Origin: Bdellovibrionales bacterium
GTDB taxonomy: Bacteria; Bdellovibrionota; Bdellovibrionia; Bdellovibrionales; UBA1609
Length of the DNA stretch: 64,000 bases
Assembly: GCA_965219095.1 (NCBI GenBank)
Contig: CBDCMT010000001.1
Location: forward strand, 64,001 to 128,000
Reading direction: 5' to 3'
Part shown: positions 36,095 to 48,154 of the stretch, in pieces
Layout: every line of letters begins with the position of its first letter
Position numbering within the stretch: position 1 is the stretch's first letter
Made by a program: the position numbers and the translations under genes
The notes under the pieces: generated by a model
What the model was told of the DNA's origin: nothing
The model's database searches: none
The model's input: the letters and a program-made list of their open reading frames with translations, nothing else

Positions 36095-37141
36095 GGGAAG
36101 AAATAAAATGAAAAAATCAGTTACACAATTTCGCCTACAGGCTCTAATCGAAGTTCGTCTGTTAACTGTAGAAAAAGTGGAACTTAAGAAAATACCAGGC
36201 TCTTTGATTAGAACTTGCCTTAGAGAACTCTTTTAATTTATGCCTCCTCCAAGAACCTCAGGGAACTCACAGATTCTGTTTGAGGAGCCATTAAAATCAA
36301 TTTGAGCCTCTTTTTGAGCTTTGACATTCTCTTTTCGGGTTTTTGTCAATTCTTGAGTTTCTTTAGCAACAGCTTGAATCGAAGTCCATACAGCTTTAAG
36401 AATTAAATGATTGATTTTTTTGAAAGACATGTCTCGATTATAATAATATAAAAAAAATTTTCTTTTCAAGTGATTTTAAGAGAATTTCTTTCAACTGACC
36501 TCACTACCGCTTTCCTTCGCTAACCTACTTTAAAATAATAAAGAAGAAAGCACCAGAAAGGATTTCACTATGAGACAACACAATAATTAAATCCTGGCTT
36601 TCAAAAGTAAGTATAAAAGCTAAACTCTTATAAAACTACAAGTAACTTATCACACACTTAGTTTGTTTAGAGTGAATTGCAGTTAGGATTTATTAAAATC
36701 AATATAGAAAATAAATTCAAGATCAATTCAAGATATAAGAAAATACTCCCCAAAGTGCGGATCAAAACGCATAAGGTCGAGGCGTTGAGGCCTAAAAATT
36801 CCAACCAGACTCAGTGTATCTATAAAAATTTTTATAGAATAAATAAAGCTTTCTTATGATCAACTAAATTTAAAACCTTTGTAAGCTCACTTTAAGAAAA
36901 AAAACAACTTTTTCCTATGAAAACTTCTGAAAAAAGCTAGAATTTTAAAAAATATGCCGTTGGAAAAAAGAGAAAAATTGACAATAAAAAGATAGCTTGA
37001 TACAATGCCGTAGAAAGTCATGTCAGTATTTCGATTTGACTATTGTTTGCTTGTTTTGCTATTAGGCACTTTAACAAGGAGTAGATTGTAAGGAAAGAAG
37101 CACTACAGCAGACTAAAACTAAAAAGGAGTTCTGTAAGAAA

Positions 37142-39610
37142 ATGAAAGAAAATTTAAAAAAGTCTTGTTACTTACTATTTTTATTTTTTTGCCTTTCTCT
37201 ATTTCAAGCAAAAACTGTTTTTTCAAATGATCTTGATTCAAATCCATTTCTAAACGAAGTTAACCCGAAAGAAGTTCTTGAAAAAACTCTCAAAACACCT
37301 GAAAGACAACAAGAAACTAAGGATCTTCTCTGTGAAGACATTAAAAAAATTGACTTCAAGACTGAACCAAACCACGTTCTTTCAAAATCAAAATTCATAA
37401 GCTCAGAAACAATAAAAATTATTGAATCCTATCCTGAACTTTTTTCAGAGAAATTACAAACCATTACTCAGAAAAATTCTTTTTTAACCAGCCTTTATAA
37501 CCAACTCTATGTTGAATTTAATAAGGAGATGAGCCTCATTGCAAAAGAAAAAAATCTTTCAATATATGAAATGCTTCTCAGTAATATGTACGATGAAGCC
37601 TTTTCTAAAGCCTCAGAGGAAATCTTTAATAGAGTTGGTACGAACGGAAGGGATAATCTCTTTCAAATTTTTTCTGTACTAGATAATGATATCTATTATA
37701 GTTTAAACCGAAGGATTAAAGCTGACCCTAGGAAAGCAATCAATGGCCTATTACATCTTGAAAAAGAAGCAAATGAAATTAAAAATGTCGTAAAGAAAAA
37801 TATATTTCCATTAATCAAAATTAAGACTCACCAAATATATAATAATTATGATCATTCATACTATATAAGTTTTTTCTCAGATACTTTAGATGGTAGCAAA
37901 TCTTTTTTTACACAAAAATTAATTCACGATTTAGAAGAAGATTTTAGTTGGGCCATCGAAGATATCTATGCTAAGAGCAACTGTGATCTTCTCGAAGAAA
38001 TATACTCTCGACTTTTAGAGAAGATGAAAGTAGCTCTTCAAAAAGCTTTAAATTATGTTCGTACTAGACCTGTTACAGAGACATCCTATCATAGATACTC
38101 AAGTTTTGCAGAAACTGAAGAGGAAATAGAGCAAAGAATAAAAAACTACATACAGTTTCAACTCTATGTAGTTTCAGATATGTTAACAGAAGAAAAAAAA
38201 TATGCTCGCTCTACTGGTGAAGATTCTTACAGGATCGTTGAAACTAAAATTAATAATCTTATAAACGTCAACCAAGAGAGAAGAGACCCTAAATTTGCCT
38301 ATGAACTTTACTTAAAGGCATTATTCCAGAAAAAAGATGACAAATCTAATTTTGAAATTAATGGCTATACTAATCTAAAGAGGTTAACTAGTGAAAAATT
38401 TTTTGGAATTGGTGTCAGGTTAAAACCAACTAATGAGGGGAATTTAGAAGTTCTTGAAGTTCTCAAAAATCCAGATAAAGAGGGAAAAAAATATCCCTCT
38501 GAACGTGCTGGAATAAAAGAGAAAGACGTATTAATTGCTGTAAAAGAATCTGAAAACTCTGATTGGTATAATGTCAGCCAAATAAGTTTTTTAAAAGTAA
38601 TGGAGAAAATTCGAGGGCCAGAAAACACTTTTGTTTATCTTAAAGTAAAAAGATATGACAAAGAAGGCTCACTTCTATTTAAAATAGAAAGGAATGAAAT
38701 CAAAACTACTTCTATTCGACATTTTATCGTAGATGTTATGAGGGGAAACAAAAAACACAAAGTCGCTCTTATTAAATTTAAAAGTTTTATGGCAAATTCC
38801 TTGCATGAGGATTTTAAAAATATTTTATCAACTTTGAGAGATGAAAAGGTAGAGTCTCTTGTTATCGATCTTACAGAAAATGGAGGAGGAGAGATAAACA
38901 CAACAGTTGCTGTAACAGGTCTTTTTATGGAAAACAGTATACCTATGAAAATTAGTCTGGGTAAAGGAAACAAGGTAGGGGAGCTTATTAAAGACCCTGA
39001 TTCATCTATTCATTGGAAAAAACCCCTTATCATTCTCACAAGTACACTTAGTGCCAGTGGTTCAGAAATTATGGCAGGTTCCTTAAAAGCCTACAGAAGA
39101 GCTATTATTGTAGGTGACAGAACTTATGGCAAAGGCACAGCCCAAACTATGATTTCTTATTTTCAACACTTTGTCCGATTAACAACAGCACTCTATATTA
39201 TCCCTGATGGAAGCAGTCCTCAACAAATAGGAGTAAAACCAGATATTTCCTTTCCAACCCTTAGCTTTTCTTTTCAAACAAGTGAGTCTAAGTTAACTTA
39301 CTGGGGTAATGAAGAAAGTTTTCTATTACCTCCAGAAGAAACTGGAGCAGGAACTTCTTGGACTCCTGTCACTCAAGAAATGTTATCAAAACTGAAGACA
39401 GAATCTAAAAAAAGAGTAGCAAAAAATGAAAAAGATTTTTCTCGATATTTAGTTAATAAACCTTCTTGGTCAGAAGAGAAAAACCCAGGAGAGTATCAAA
39501 TAAATTATGAAGAAACAAAAGCAAAAGAATACCCAATAAATTATTTGGATAGCCCAGATATTAAAGAGGCTTTAGAAATTGCAACAGATGCAATTTCTAT
39601 CGTAAAGTAA
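37142..39610 (+). CDS. S41 carboxy-terminal processing protease, paralog 2
   Basis: ASGSE and GKGTAQ motifs, PDZ; long identical blocks with paralog 1. Confidence 0.9.
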   Translation: MKENLKKSCYLLFLFFCLSLFQAKTVFSNDLDSNPFLNEVNPKEVLEKTLKTPERQQETKDLLCEDIKKIDFKTEPNHVLSKSKFISSETIKIIESYPELFSEKLQTITQKNSFLTSLYNQLYVEFNKEMSLIAKEKNLSIYEMLLSNMYDEAFSKASEEIFNRVGTNGRDNLFQIFSVLDNDIYYSLNRRIKADPRKAINGLLHLEKEANEIKNVVKKNIFPLIKIKTHQIYNNYDHSYYISFFSDTLDGSKSFFTQKLIHDLEEDFSWAIEDIYAKSNCDLLEEIYSRLLEKMKVALQKALNYVRTRPVTETSYHRYSSFAETEEEIEQRIKNYIQFQLYVVSDMLTEEKKYARSTGEDSYRIVETKINNLINVNQERRDPKFAYELYLKALFQKKDDKSNFEINGYTNLKRLTSEKFFGIGVRLKPTNEGNLEVLEVLKNPDKEGKKYPSERAGIKEKDVLIAVKESENSDWYNVSQISFLKVMEKIRGPENTFVYLKVKRYDKEGSLLFKIERNEIKTTSIRHFIVDVMRGNKKHKVALIKFKSFMANSLHEDFKNILSTLRDEKVESLVIDLTENGGGEINTTVAVTGLFMENSIPMKISLGKGNKVGELIKDPDSSIHWKKPLIILTSTLSASGSEIMAGSLKAYRRAIIVGDRTYGKGTAQTMISYFQHFVRLTTALYIIPDGSSPQQIGVKPDISFPTLSFSFQTSESKLTYWGNEESFLLPPEETGAGTSWTPVTQEMLSKLKTESKKRVAKNEKDFSRYLVNKPSWSEEKNPGEYQINYEETKAKEYPINYLDSPDIKEALEIATDAISIVK

Positions 39611-39626
39611 AAAGAGAGGTAATAAC

Positions 39627-41981
39627 ATGAAGATGAACATCAGAAATAAATGGAAAAATTTAATAATATTCATTTTTTCTTTAAACTACCCTCTTTCTCT
39701 TCTTGCCTTAGATCATCAAGAAATTAACTGCAATGATATTCCTTTGATTGAAAAGCAATATGCACACAGTCACATCTTAATAGATTTACAACCAGAGGCT
39801 TATCGGTTAATGAACCTATTTTTTCCAGAAGCTTCTCATAACCACTTTGAAAAAGGTGTAAAAAACATCATGTATAGCTTTTTAACTAACTTTAACGTTT
39901 GGCTTATGAAACAAATTCATGACCAAAGTGAAAACCTAACCTATGAATTAAGTCTTATTGATAACTTTGAAAGAAACCCTTCAAAGTTTGAGCATTTTTT
40001 TGATCAGTCAGTAAAAGATTTTTTTGAAAACAAAAAATTTGTAGCAAACATTTTTACTCATACTTCTAAAAGACTGCTGCATCGCCTTACTGAAAAGGAA
40101 TATGAACATATAAGATCTAAAAAAGAGGAAACTTTGCTTGTCTTTAAGTCCTCTTCTTACAAACACTTAAAAGGGTATAATTTTAGAAGGCTAAGCAGAG
40201 GTTTCCTATCTCAGATGGATCCTCATAAAGTACACTTTACTCAACAAAGGATCAAAGATATATCAGAAGATTTTTTAATTAAGAAGCCTTCTGATCATAG
40301 TGAAAAGCTTGCCCCGGGCATTATAAAAAGTGCTCTTTTCTCAAATTGTACTGATCTTTATGAACTTTACTCCAAACTTTTGAAAGAAGTGAGGGCTTCT
40401 CTAGAAAAAGACCAAATTTATGTCAATCAACGTCCTTCTGTAAAAAAAGGGTTATCCATTCCACAGACTTATGACGATTTTGCCCAAAATGACAAGGAGT
40501 TGAAGCAAAGAAAACAAAATTATTTACATGTTCAACTTGCACTCCAATCAAAAGCTATAAACCCTTATTTATATAGTAATCAACGTAGATTTCCATCAAA
40601 AATTACAAATCCTCTCTCAATAGAATACACATCTTATAAAAAATTATCTGACTCTTTAGAGGAAGAAATTAAAGAAGTCGATAGAAAAATAAATAATCTA
40701 GAAACTAGTGCCATATTTAACCTTATTCAAACTCTAACTTCAAAAGATAACCAAAGTTCTTTTTCAAAAAAAGGACAACCTTATCTCATAAATGATTATC
40801 TCGGTGTAGAATTGAAAGTATTAAATAATAGGGTCTCTGTTTATAAAATTTTAGATGAACATCTAGCTAAAAAAGCCCATCTTAAGGTCGGAGATATTAT
40901 ATCAGAAATTAAACCTACCTTAAATTCATCATGGCATAAGGTCTCTAGTATTTTTTTCTTAGAGAGGTTTATTGTTTCAGGTCTAGAAAACACTCAGTTT
41001 TCTCTTCGAGTGAAGGGAAAAGATGCTACTATAAGTTCTTTTGAAGTGATCCGCAACAGAAGTAACCATCAAAAAATTGCTTATTCTATTCAAAAAATTA
41101 AACGAAACGGACAAGAGCACAAAGTTGGTCTCATTCGTATTCAATTCTTTTATCATGATATTTTTGAAAAAATGCTTTCTGCTCTGATCGAACTTAAAGA
41201 AATGGGAGCTGAGTCTTTGCTTATCGACTTAACAGAAAGTCCAGGAGGAGCACTTGTTGGCACTTTACCAGGTTTATTTATAGAAAGGGGAAACCTTTCT
41301 AAAGTTGATAAAAGTATTTACGAAAATCCCATGTTTTCACATATTTTTCAAATCTCCAACAGTTTCCTCACTTGGGAAAAACCTCTCGTTATCTTAGTTA
41401 ATAATAAAACTGCTAGTGTTGCAGAACTTTTTGCAGGAGTTCTACAGTACTATAAGAGAGCACTTATTGTCGGTTCTCAAAAAACTTTCGGAAAGGCCAG
41501 TATTCAAACATTTATTTCCCATAGAAATAATAAAGATTATGTTATAACTGAATTTCTTAATTTCTTGCCTAATGGAGAAACTTTTGAAAGCAAAGGAATT
41601 CATTCTGATATAATCTTTCCAACAGTTGGGTTTTTTAGTGAGGAAAACAATCCTTATATTATGACATGGACTGAAAAAAGCTTTGCTTCTTCAGACAAAG
41701 AAACAGGAGCTGGAATCTTTTGGACGGCTCTTAATTCCGATATGATTTCTAAACTGAAAAAGAAGTCTAATTCACGTACAAACTCCTCAAAAGAGTTTGA
41801 GCAGCTAAAAAATGCTTTTAAGCAGCAGTTGTCCGTTGAAGCAATTCTTAGAGAGAAAAAAAGAGGAGAAAAAACAAAAAGCCTCCAAGAATATTATTTA
41901 AATACTGAGAACTACTTACAAAGACCAGATCTTAGGGAAGCTTTAGAAATTGCAACAGATGTAATTGACATAGTAAAATAA
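39627..41981 (+). CDS. S41 carboxy-terminal processing protease, divergent paralog 3
   Basis: IDLTESPGG, TASVAE and FGKASIQ motifs; shared C-terminal EALEIATD. Confidence 0.85.
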   Translation: MKMNIRNKWKNLIIFIFSLNYPLSLLALDHQEINCNDIPLIEKQYAHSHILIDLQPEAYRLMNLFFPEASHNHFEKGVKNIMYSFLTNFNVWLMKQIHDQSENLTYELSLIDNFERNPSKFEHFFDQSVKDFFENKKFVANIFTHTSKRLLHRLTEKEYEHIRSKKEETLLVFKSSSYKHLKGYNFRRLSRGFLSQMDPHKVHFTQQRIKDISEDFLIKKPSDHSEKLAPGIIKSALFSNCTDLYELYSKLLKEVRASLEKDQIYVNQRPSVKKGLSIPQTYDDFAQNDKELKQRKQNYLHVQLALQSKAINPYLYSNQRRFPSKITNPLSIEYTSYKKLSDSLEEEIKEVDRKINNLETSAIFNLIQTLTSKDNQSSFSKKGQPYLINDYLGVELKVLNNRVSVYKILDEHLAKKAHLKVGDIISEIKPTLNSSWHKVSSIFFLERFIVSGLENTQFSLRVKGKDATISSFEVIRNRSNHQKIAYSIQKIKRNGQEHKVGLIRIQFFYHDIFEKMLSALIELKEMGAESLLIDLTESPGGALVGTLPGLFIERGNLSKVDKSIYENPMFSHIFQISNSFLTWEKPLVILVNNKTASVAELFAGVLQYYKRALIVGSQKTFGKASIQTFISHRNNKDYVITEFLNFLPNGETFESKGIHSDIIFPTVGFFSEENNPYIMTWTEKSFASSDKETGAGIFWTALNSDMISKLKKKSNSRTNSSKEFEQLKNAFKQQLSVEAILREKKRGEKTKSLQEYYLNTENYLQRPDLREALEIATDVIDIVK

Positions 41982-41997
41982 GGAAAAGGAGTAAGCT

Positions 41998-43089
41998 ATG
42001 AAAAAATATTTATTGATCGTTTCTACTTTTTTTATAAGTATATCAGGTTTTACTGAAAATCTTCATTTTTGTGAGGATCCTGAGTTACTGAATTTATTTA
42101 AAATTAATTTTAAAGGTCAAAATAAACAAGGCGTTAATCAACACCTTTCTGGTTTTCCAGAAATTCGTGATCATTTTCAACCAGGTTTTAGAAGCTGTTT
42201 AGATGGATTGAGAGTAAAAGAAAATCCAGAGGTTTCTACTTCAGAGTATTTTTTAAGTGTTAAAGTCTATGATGAATCAAACTATGAACTGACATCAATT
42301 ATCCCTCTCTATTACAGAAGAGTGAGTGTTCAGGCTGATCATAACTCAATGAAAAAACAATGGATTTTTGCTAATATTCCAAACCATAAGAGCTCTATTA
42401 TTAATGAAATGGTTACTAAATCTATGGAAAAAACTGATCCTATAGCTTCCTTTACAGAAAAAAAACTTCAAAAGCTTAATCATCAAAAAGACTTACTTAA
42501 CATATTTGAGAAAAAACATATGAAAGAACAAGAAGCACAAAGGCTTTTTCTAGATACCTTTCAAATGTCTGAAGTAACCCATTTTATGAAAGATTTTCCT
42601 AAAGAAAGATATTTCATAGCTTCATATGATAAACTCTTTTATTTTATCATGGGAGGGGTCCTTGTTTCAAAACAGCTTGTAGCAATAAAGCACTCTCGTG
42701 AATATAAAACCTGGACTTTTTATAAAATGCCTTTATTTAAATTTCAGAATGCCCTAGATAAAATAAGAATGGAAACACAAATAAGTTTTGAAAAATATTG
42801 GCATAATTATCTGTGTAATTACATCCAGACAAGTGACGAGTTAAAATATAATTTTGAAAGGATCAAAACCAACTCCAATACAAAAGAAATAATACAAGAT
42901 GATTTTTTCAGTTATTTTATAAATGAAAGAGATGCTTTTTGTGATAATGGTCAGGTTCCAGAAAGATTATTACTAAAACATCCTAAGGCACACCATTTCC
43001 ATAGGTTTGTTAGGAACAAATGGATTCAAGAACTGACAAAAATCAAAAAGAAAGAAGAACCTACAATTTATAGTAATCTAGATTTTTAA
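41998..43089 (+). CDS. Secreted hypothetical protein
   Basis: 363 aa, AAGGAG RBS, signal peptide; operonic spacing after S41 paralog 3. Confidence 0.7.
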   Translation: MKKYLLIVSTFFISISGFTENLHFCEDPELLNLFKINFKGQNKQGVNQHLSGFPEIRDHFQPGFRSCLDGLRVKENPEVSTSEYFLSVKVYDESNYELTSIIPLYYRRVSVQADHNSMKKQWIFANIPNHKSSIINEMVTKSMEKTDPIASFTEKKLQKLNHQKDLLNIFEKKHMKEQEAQRLFLDTFQMSEVTHFMKDFPKERYFIASYDKLFYFIMGGVLVSKQLVAIKHSREYKTWTFYKMPLFKFQNALDKIRMETQISFEKYWHNYLCNYIQTSDELKYNFERIKTNSNTKEIIQDDFFSYFINERDAFCDNGQVPERLLLKHPKAHHFHRFVRNKWIQELTKIKKKEEPTIYSNLDF

Positions 43090-44592
43090 ATTCCTACTAA
43101 TGGAAAAATTGTTGCTTATTAACCTGAAATCTGTTAATTTTGGTACTAGTGTTCTGACCAGTAATTTTTTTCACATTATTAAATTATTTGGCTCCTCCTG
43201 GGAATCTGTGGGTGAAAAGTAGCTAGAAATCCCCCAAAAAGGCTCATATTAATCAAAGCAAGAGTAAGACATTCTATCTTGTATTTTTGAGTTCTTTGAG
43301 GCCTTTACTGGCCTCTATCACCTCCGGTGATTGAACTCAAAAACATTCTTTTATTTGCTGTGTTACATTAAAATTTTAAAAAAGAAGCACCTACTTCCCA
43401 GATGCCTTAAAAAAACCCAAAGGAGGGAAGTAGGTGCTTTTGAAGACTATACTAAATGATTGTTTAAAATGGAAGTCTTTTGTGTACGGAGACATTTATT
43501 TTTCAAAAGATAGAAAGTCAATTAATGTTCCTATTAAGGCTCGTAAAAATGGCCAAGCTTTTTGTAGTGTTTGTAAGAAGCCCTGTTCAGTGTATGACAG
43601 CAGTAAATCATCACGAGACTTTGAATCCCTTCCTATTTTAAGTTACAGGGTGTTTTTTGTTTATTTTGTAAGAAGAGTTAATTGTCCTTGCTGTGGAGTA
43701 AAAGTTGAGTATTTACCTTGGGCAGATGGGAAGAAAAACCTAACAATTTTTTACATGAAGTACTTAGCAGACTGGTGTCGTCACCTGTCTTGGAAAGAGG
43801 TTTCTTGTAAGTTTCAGGTCAGTTGGAATCAGGTCTATGCTTCAGTGGAGTGGGTTGTAGAGTATGGTTTAAAACAAAGGGTTTTAAAGGGAATACAAGC
43901 TATAGGTGTAGATGAAATACAATGGAAAAAGAACCATAAGTATCTCACCTTAGTCTATGAAATAAGCAAAGAAAGTGTTCGTTTGCTATGGATAGGAGAA
44001 AAAAGAACAGAAAAGAGTTTTAGAAAATTCTTTGATTTACTAGGAGAGAAGTCAAAAGATATACAGTTTGTGTGTTCTGATATGTGGAAGCCCTATTTAA
44101 AAGTAATAAAGGAAAGGGCAAGTCAAGCTTTGAATATATTAGATCGGTTTCATATCGTAGCAGGACTCAATAAGGCTTTAGACGAAGTGAGAGCTTCAGA
44201 ACACAAAAAAATGAAAGAAGACGGGTATGAACCCCTTTTAACAAAAGCTAGATGACCCTTGTTAAAAAATGCAGAAAATTTAAAATCTTATGAAAAAGTA
44301 AAATTAAGGCATTTAATACAGTACAATTTAAAAAGTATCCGCTGTTATTTTTTAAAAGAAGACTTCCGACAGTTATGGACCTATGTTTCACCAACTTGGG
44401 CTGGTAAATTTATAGACAGTTGGACGAGACGAGTCATGCTTTCAAAAATTGAACCTATGAAAAGAGAAGCAAAAACCATACGAAGACATAAGCTACTTAT
44501 TCTTAATTACTTCAAGGCTAAAAAAGCCTTCTCCTCAGGGATTGTAGAGGGTTTAAACAACAAAGTAAAACTCACTATGAGAAAATCTTACG

Positions 44593-44936
44593 TGTAATAG
44601 TCGCGACTTAATCTGACACGTCTCGAAATGTCAAAGAGATGAAAAGAGGTTACCCTTTTAAATAAACAATACCACCCCAAAGGGTGGAGAAAGGATAACA
44701 AAAATGACATATCAAGAAAGAATTATAAAATCAAAAGTAGGTCTTTTGCAATTAGCAGAAGAGTTAGGCAATGTATCTCAAGCTTGTAAGGTGATGGGCT
44801 TTTCAAGAGATACATTTTATCGTTACAAGACACTCAAAGAGGAAGGAGGTTTAGAATCATTAAGAGAGCAAAGTCGTAGAAAGCCTAATTTAAAAAACAG
44901 AGTTGATCAAACGACAGAAGAGGCTTGTTTAAGGAT
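44593..44936 (+). mobile_element. IS481-family partial copy (left end + HTH)
   Basis: Tandem partial duplicate of 44942-45285. Confidence 0.88.
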
Positions 44937-44941
44937 TGATC

Positions 44942-46155
44942 TGTAATAGTCGCAACTTAATCTGACACGTCTCGAAATGTCAAAGAGATGAAAAGAGGTT
45001 ACCCTTTTAAATAAACAATACCACCCCAAAGGGTGGAGAAAGGATAACAAAAATGACATATCAAGAAAGAATTATAAAATCAAAAGTAGGTCTTTTGCAA
45101 TTAGCAGAAGAGTTAGGCAATGTATCTCAAGCTTGTAAGGTGATGGGCTTTTCAAGAGATACATTTTATCGTTACAAGACACTCAAAGAGGAAGGAGGTT
45201 TAGAATCATTAAGAGAGCAAAGTCGTAGAAAGCCTAATTTAAAAAACAGAGTTGATCAAACGACAGAAGAGGCTTGTTTAAGGATCGCTATAGAACTTCC
45301 TGCCTATGGACAGTTGAGAGCGTCCAATGAGTTAAGGAAAAAAGGAATTTTTATTTCTCCTGCAGGAGTTAGAGGGGTCTGGCTGAGAAATAATTTAGAG
45401 ACTTTCAAAAAGCGTTTGAAAGCTTTAGAAAAGAAGTCTGCAGAGGAAGGCTTGGTTTTCACAGAGGAGCAGTTACAAGCCCTAGAGAAGAAGAAACAAG
45501 AGGATTTAGAGTGCGGAGAGGTAGAGACAGCTCATCCTGGTTATTTAGGCTCACAGGACACTTTTTATGTGGGAACTATGAAAGGTGTAGGACGTCTTTA
45601 TCAACAAACCTTTGTGGACACTTACTCAAAAATTGCTTTCTGTAAGCTCTATAAAACGAAAACACCTATTACAGCAGCTGACCTTCTCAATGATAGAGTG
45701 TTTCCTTTTTTTGAAGACCATGATGTGCCCCTGCTTCGTATGTTAACAGATAGGGGTACAGAGTTCTGTGGAGTTCAAGATCGTCACGATTATGAGCTTT
45801 ATTTGGCTATCAATGATATAGAACACACAAAAACAAAGGCAAGACATCCTCAAACCAATGGCATCTGTGAAAGATTTCATAGAACAATTTTAGAGGAGTT
45901 TTATCAAGTGGAGTTTAGAAAAAAAGTGTACAAAAGCATAGAAGAGTTGCAGTCTGACCTTGACTTGTGGCTTGTGAAATATAATGAAAGGAGAACTCAT
46001 CAGGGAAAAATGTGTTGTGGTCGAACACCTATGGAAACTTTCCTTGACGGAAAACAAAAAGTAAGGCAAAAGATGATTGAACAGAACGAAAACTGACAGA
46101 CAGTTTTTTATCAACCCAGAAAGGGTAACTGTCAGATCATATAACGTCTATTACA
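44942..46155 (+). mobile_element. IS481-family element with intact transposase (45053-46096)
   Basis: TGTAATAG...CTATTACA ends; QDTFYVG, LTDRGTEF and PQTNGICERFH motifs. The direct repeat TCTTACG flanks the 44593-46155 composite. Confidence 0.93.
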
Positions 46156-46722
46156 TCTTACGGCTTTAGAACCTCTAAAGCTATAAAAATCGCCTTATAT
46201 CATATAACGTCTATTACACTTTAAACATGAAACCGCCCTCTAACTAATTCCACCGAGAAATGGGACATCCTCTTAAATTGTGTAACTGATTTTTTCATTT
46301 TAAATATCACTTCCTTGACAAACAGCCATGTATCCTTTTGAAGGTTGTTTTTTTATAAACCTAGTACAGCATAACATAGTTATGTGGGTCGGTTGTTGCT
46401 TCACCTACCATTTTCTTGAGGAGTTTGTTCGTGATTTGTTCGTGATTAACTATCCAAAACTGTGAAAAAGTGTGTACATTTGGCCTGAAACAAGGAAATG
46501 GTATTAGTTATTGTTTTTATTCTCTTTTTAGTGTTTTCAAGAGGTTATACAAAATAACCCCTCGATTTGAGATGGTCGAAACTCGGGTTACTACACTTCA
46601 AAAACCCCCTTTTTACCTTGCTAGAAAAAGGGATTTTTGAAACACGGTTAGTATATTTAGACTATAGTCTGGTTATTTTTTTTTCCTTTAACAAAATTCC
46701 TTATAGAGACTAGCATAATTAT

Positions 46723-47505
46723 ATGATTTTAGTTCTTTTATTTTCAGCACTTTCTATCTCCAAGCCCCTCTGCTCTTATGATAATTATGAACACTATGTT
46801 TATAGCTATGATAGAGCCAATGATCTTTTAGAAAAGCACGGAGAAGGCTGTCAGTTAAAAGGAATTTCTTTCGAAGGGAAAAATCTTCAAGACACATTTT
46901 TTTTCAAAGCTGATCTTTCTAAATCTTCTTTTTTAGGTATTGAGGCTAGCTTTTCTAATTTTAGTGAATCAAACTTTACAAAAGCTAATCTACTTGAATC
47001 TTATTTCAATAGCAGTCTTTTTTCTCGGGTGAATTTCACAAAGTCACTCTTAAATAAAACATCTTTTAATAGGGGGTATTTCTATAAATCTCTTTTTAGA
47101 GAAGCCTCAGTTAAAGAAGCTAATTTTAGAGGCTCCTTTCTTTATAAAGTAGATTTGAGTTTTTCGAATTTTAAAGGGAGTGATCTATCTTATACAAACT
47201 TAAAGTTCTCTCGTATGGAAGGGGCTAATTTTGAAAGAGTTAATTTTGATTCTTCTCTTTTCACAGGAGCTCAAATTAAAAATACCAATTTCAGAGGAGC
47301 AGATTTGAGAACTGCTTATTTGTCTGAAGTTTTTGTTGACTCTCAAAGTGACTTTAAATGTGCTGTTTATGATTTTATAACTTCTTTTCGTTTTGATTTT
47401 CCTGAAAAGCATAAGAAGAATATGATAGAGGTTCCACCTAACATATCTACTCAGAAAAAAAACCAACTCATTGACAAGTGCTTGGATTTAAGGAAAAATC
47501 TTTAA
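46723..47505 (+). CDS. Secreted pentapeptide-repeat protein
   Basis: Many A(D/N)(L/F)xx pentapeptides; short hydrophobic N-terminus. Confidence 0.88.
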   Translation: MILVLLFSALSISKPLCSYDNYEHYVYSYDRANDLLEKHGEGCQLKGISFEGKNLQDTFFFKADLSKSSFLGIEASFSNFSESNFTKANLLESYFNSSLFSRVNFTKSLLNKTSFNRGYFYKSLFREASVKEANFRGSFLYKVDLSFSNFKGSDLSYTNLKFSRMEGANFERVNFDSSLFTGAQIKNTNFRGADLRTAYLSEVFVDSQSDFKCAVYDFITSFRFDFPEKHKKNMIEVPPNISTQKKNQLIDKCLDLRKNL

Positions 47506-47632
47506 ATCAAAATAATGAAGATGAATTGATTGTAACAGAAAAATTCCAATCTAAATAAGCTTCTAACTCGTCCTTATCCATTTCTCAGCTCCACAGATTA
47601 TTTTGAGGAGGGATTTTTTATATCGATCTATG

Positions 47633-48154
47633 CTATAGAGATTCAAGAAGTTTCTGAAGTCTTTTTTTCTTATTCTTATTTTGAGTCCTATGGGCTCTAA
47701 TAATTGCTTCAATCTTTTTTTTAGAAAAAACATTCTTTTTTTTCTTTGTGTATTGAAGATAAGACAGGCAGTCATCCAAATCCGTTTCAGAAAGTCGATT
47801 CAACTTCAAACGAAGAAAAAGCTCTAAATTAGGGCCATAGACAACCCCTTTTTTTCCTTTATAAAGAACTTGAAGGTTATCCTTATAACTTTTTATTTTA
47901 AAAAGAAAAAAGGCGGCAGAGATATTAATAACTTCAACAGGAAGCTGTAAGTTCTCTGCTAATTTCATCAAATTCAAAGTTTGTTCATTAGCTCTGCTTT
48001 GAGATAGAGGAACAATATCAATATCCATTGTTGTTCTTTCATGAATTTCCAAAAACTGTATAAGAGCTCCCCCTATAAGAACCCAATCTCCTTCTAAAGT
48101 TTCACTTGTTTTTTTTAACAAGGTCTTCACAAGTCGAGGAGTAATAAGCTTCAT
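47633..48154 (-). CDS. Nucleotidyltransferase (DUF6036/AbiEii-like)
   Basis: LIGGALI...RTTMDIDI...LKLNRLSETDLDD; probable start MKLITP overlaps the upstream stop (ATGA). Confidence 0.7.
   Translation of the reverse strand: MKLITPRLVKTLLKKTSETLEGDWVLIGGALIQFLEIHERTTMDIDIVPLSQSRANEQTLNLMKLAENLQLPVEVINISAAFFLFKIKSYKDNLQVLYKGKKGVVYGPNLELFLRLKLNRLSETDLDDCLSYLQYTKKKKNVFSKKKIEAIIRAHRTQNKNKKKRLQKLLESL

Larger units (their letters stand above)
43190..46203 (+). mobile_element. ISL3-family element, pseudogenised, interrupted by IS481
   Basis: GGCTCC left end; GVDEI, CSDMWKPY and DRFH motifs; in-frame TGA at 44253; removing IS481 restores RKSY|GFRTSKAIKIALYH. Confidence 0.88.

Noticed and set aside
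44253..44255. TGA recoded as Trp (alternative genetic code)
   Set aside because: rpsN and other genes terminate at TGA and use TGG for Trp; a single nonsense mutation is simpler.
46363..46390. Second dif-like site
   Set aside because: The spacer is 5 bp and the XerD arm (TTATGTGGGTC) is poor.
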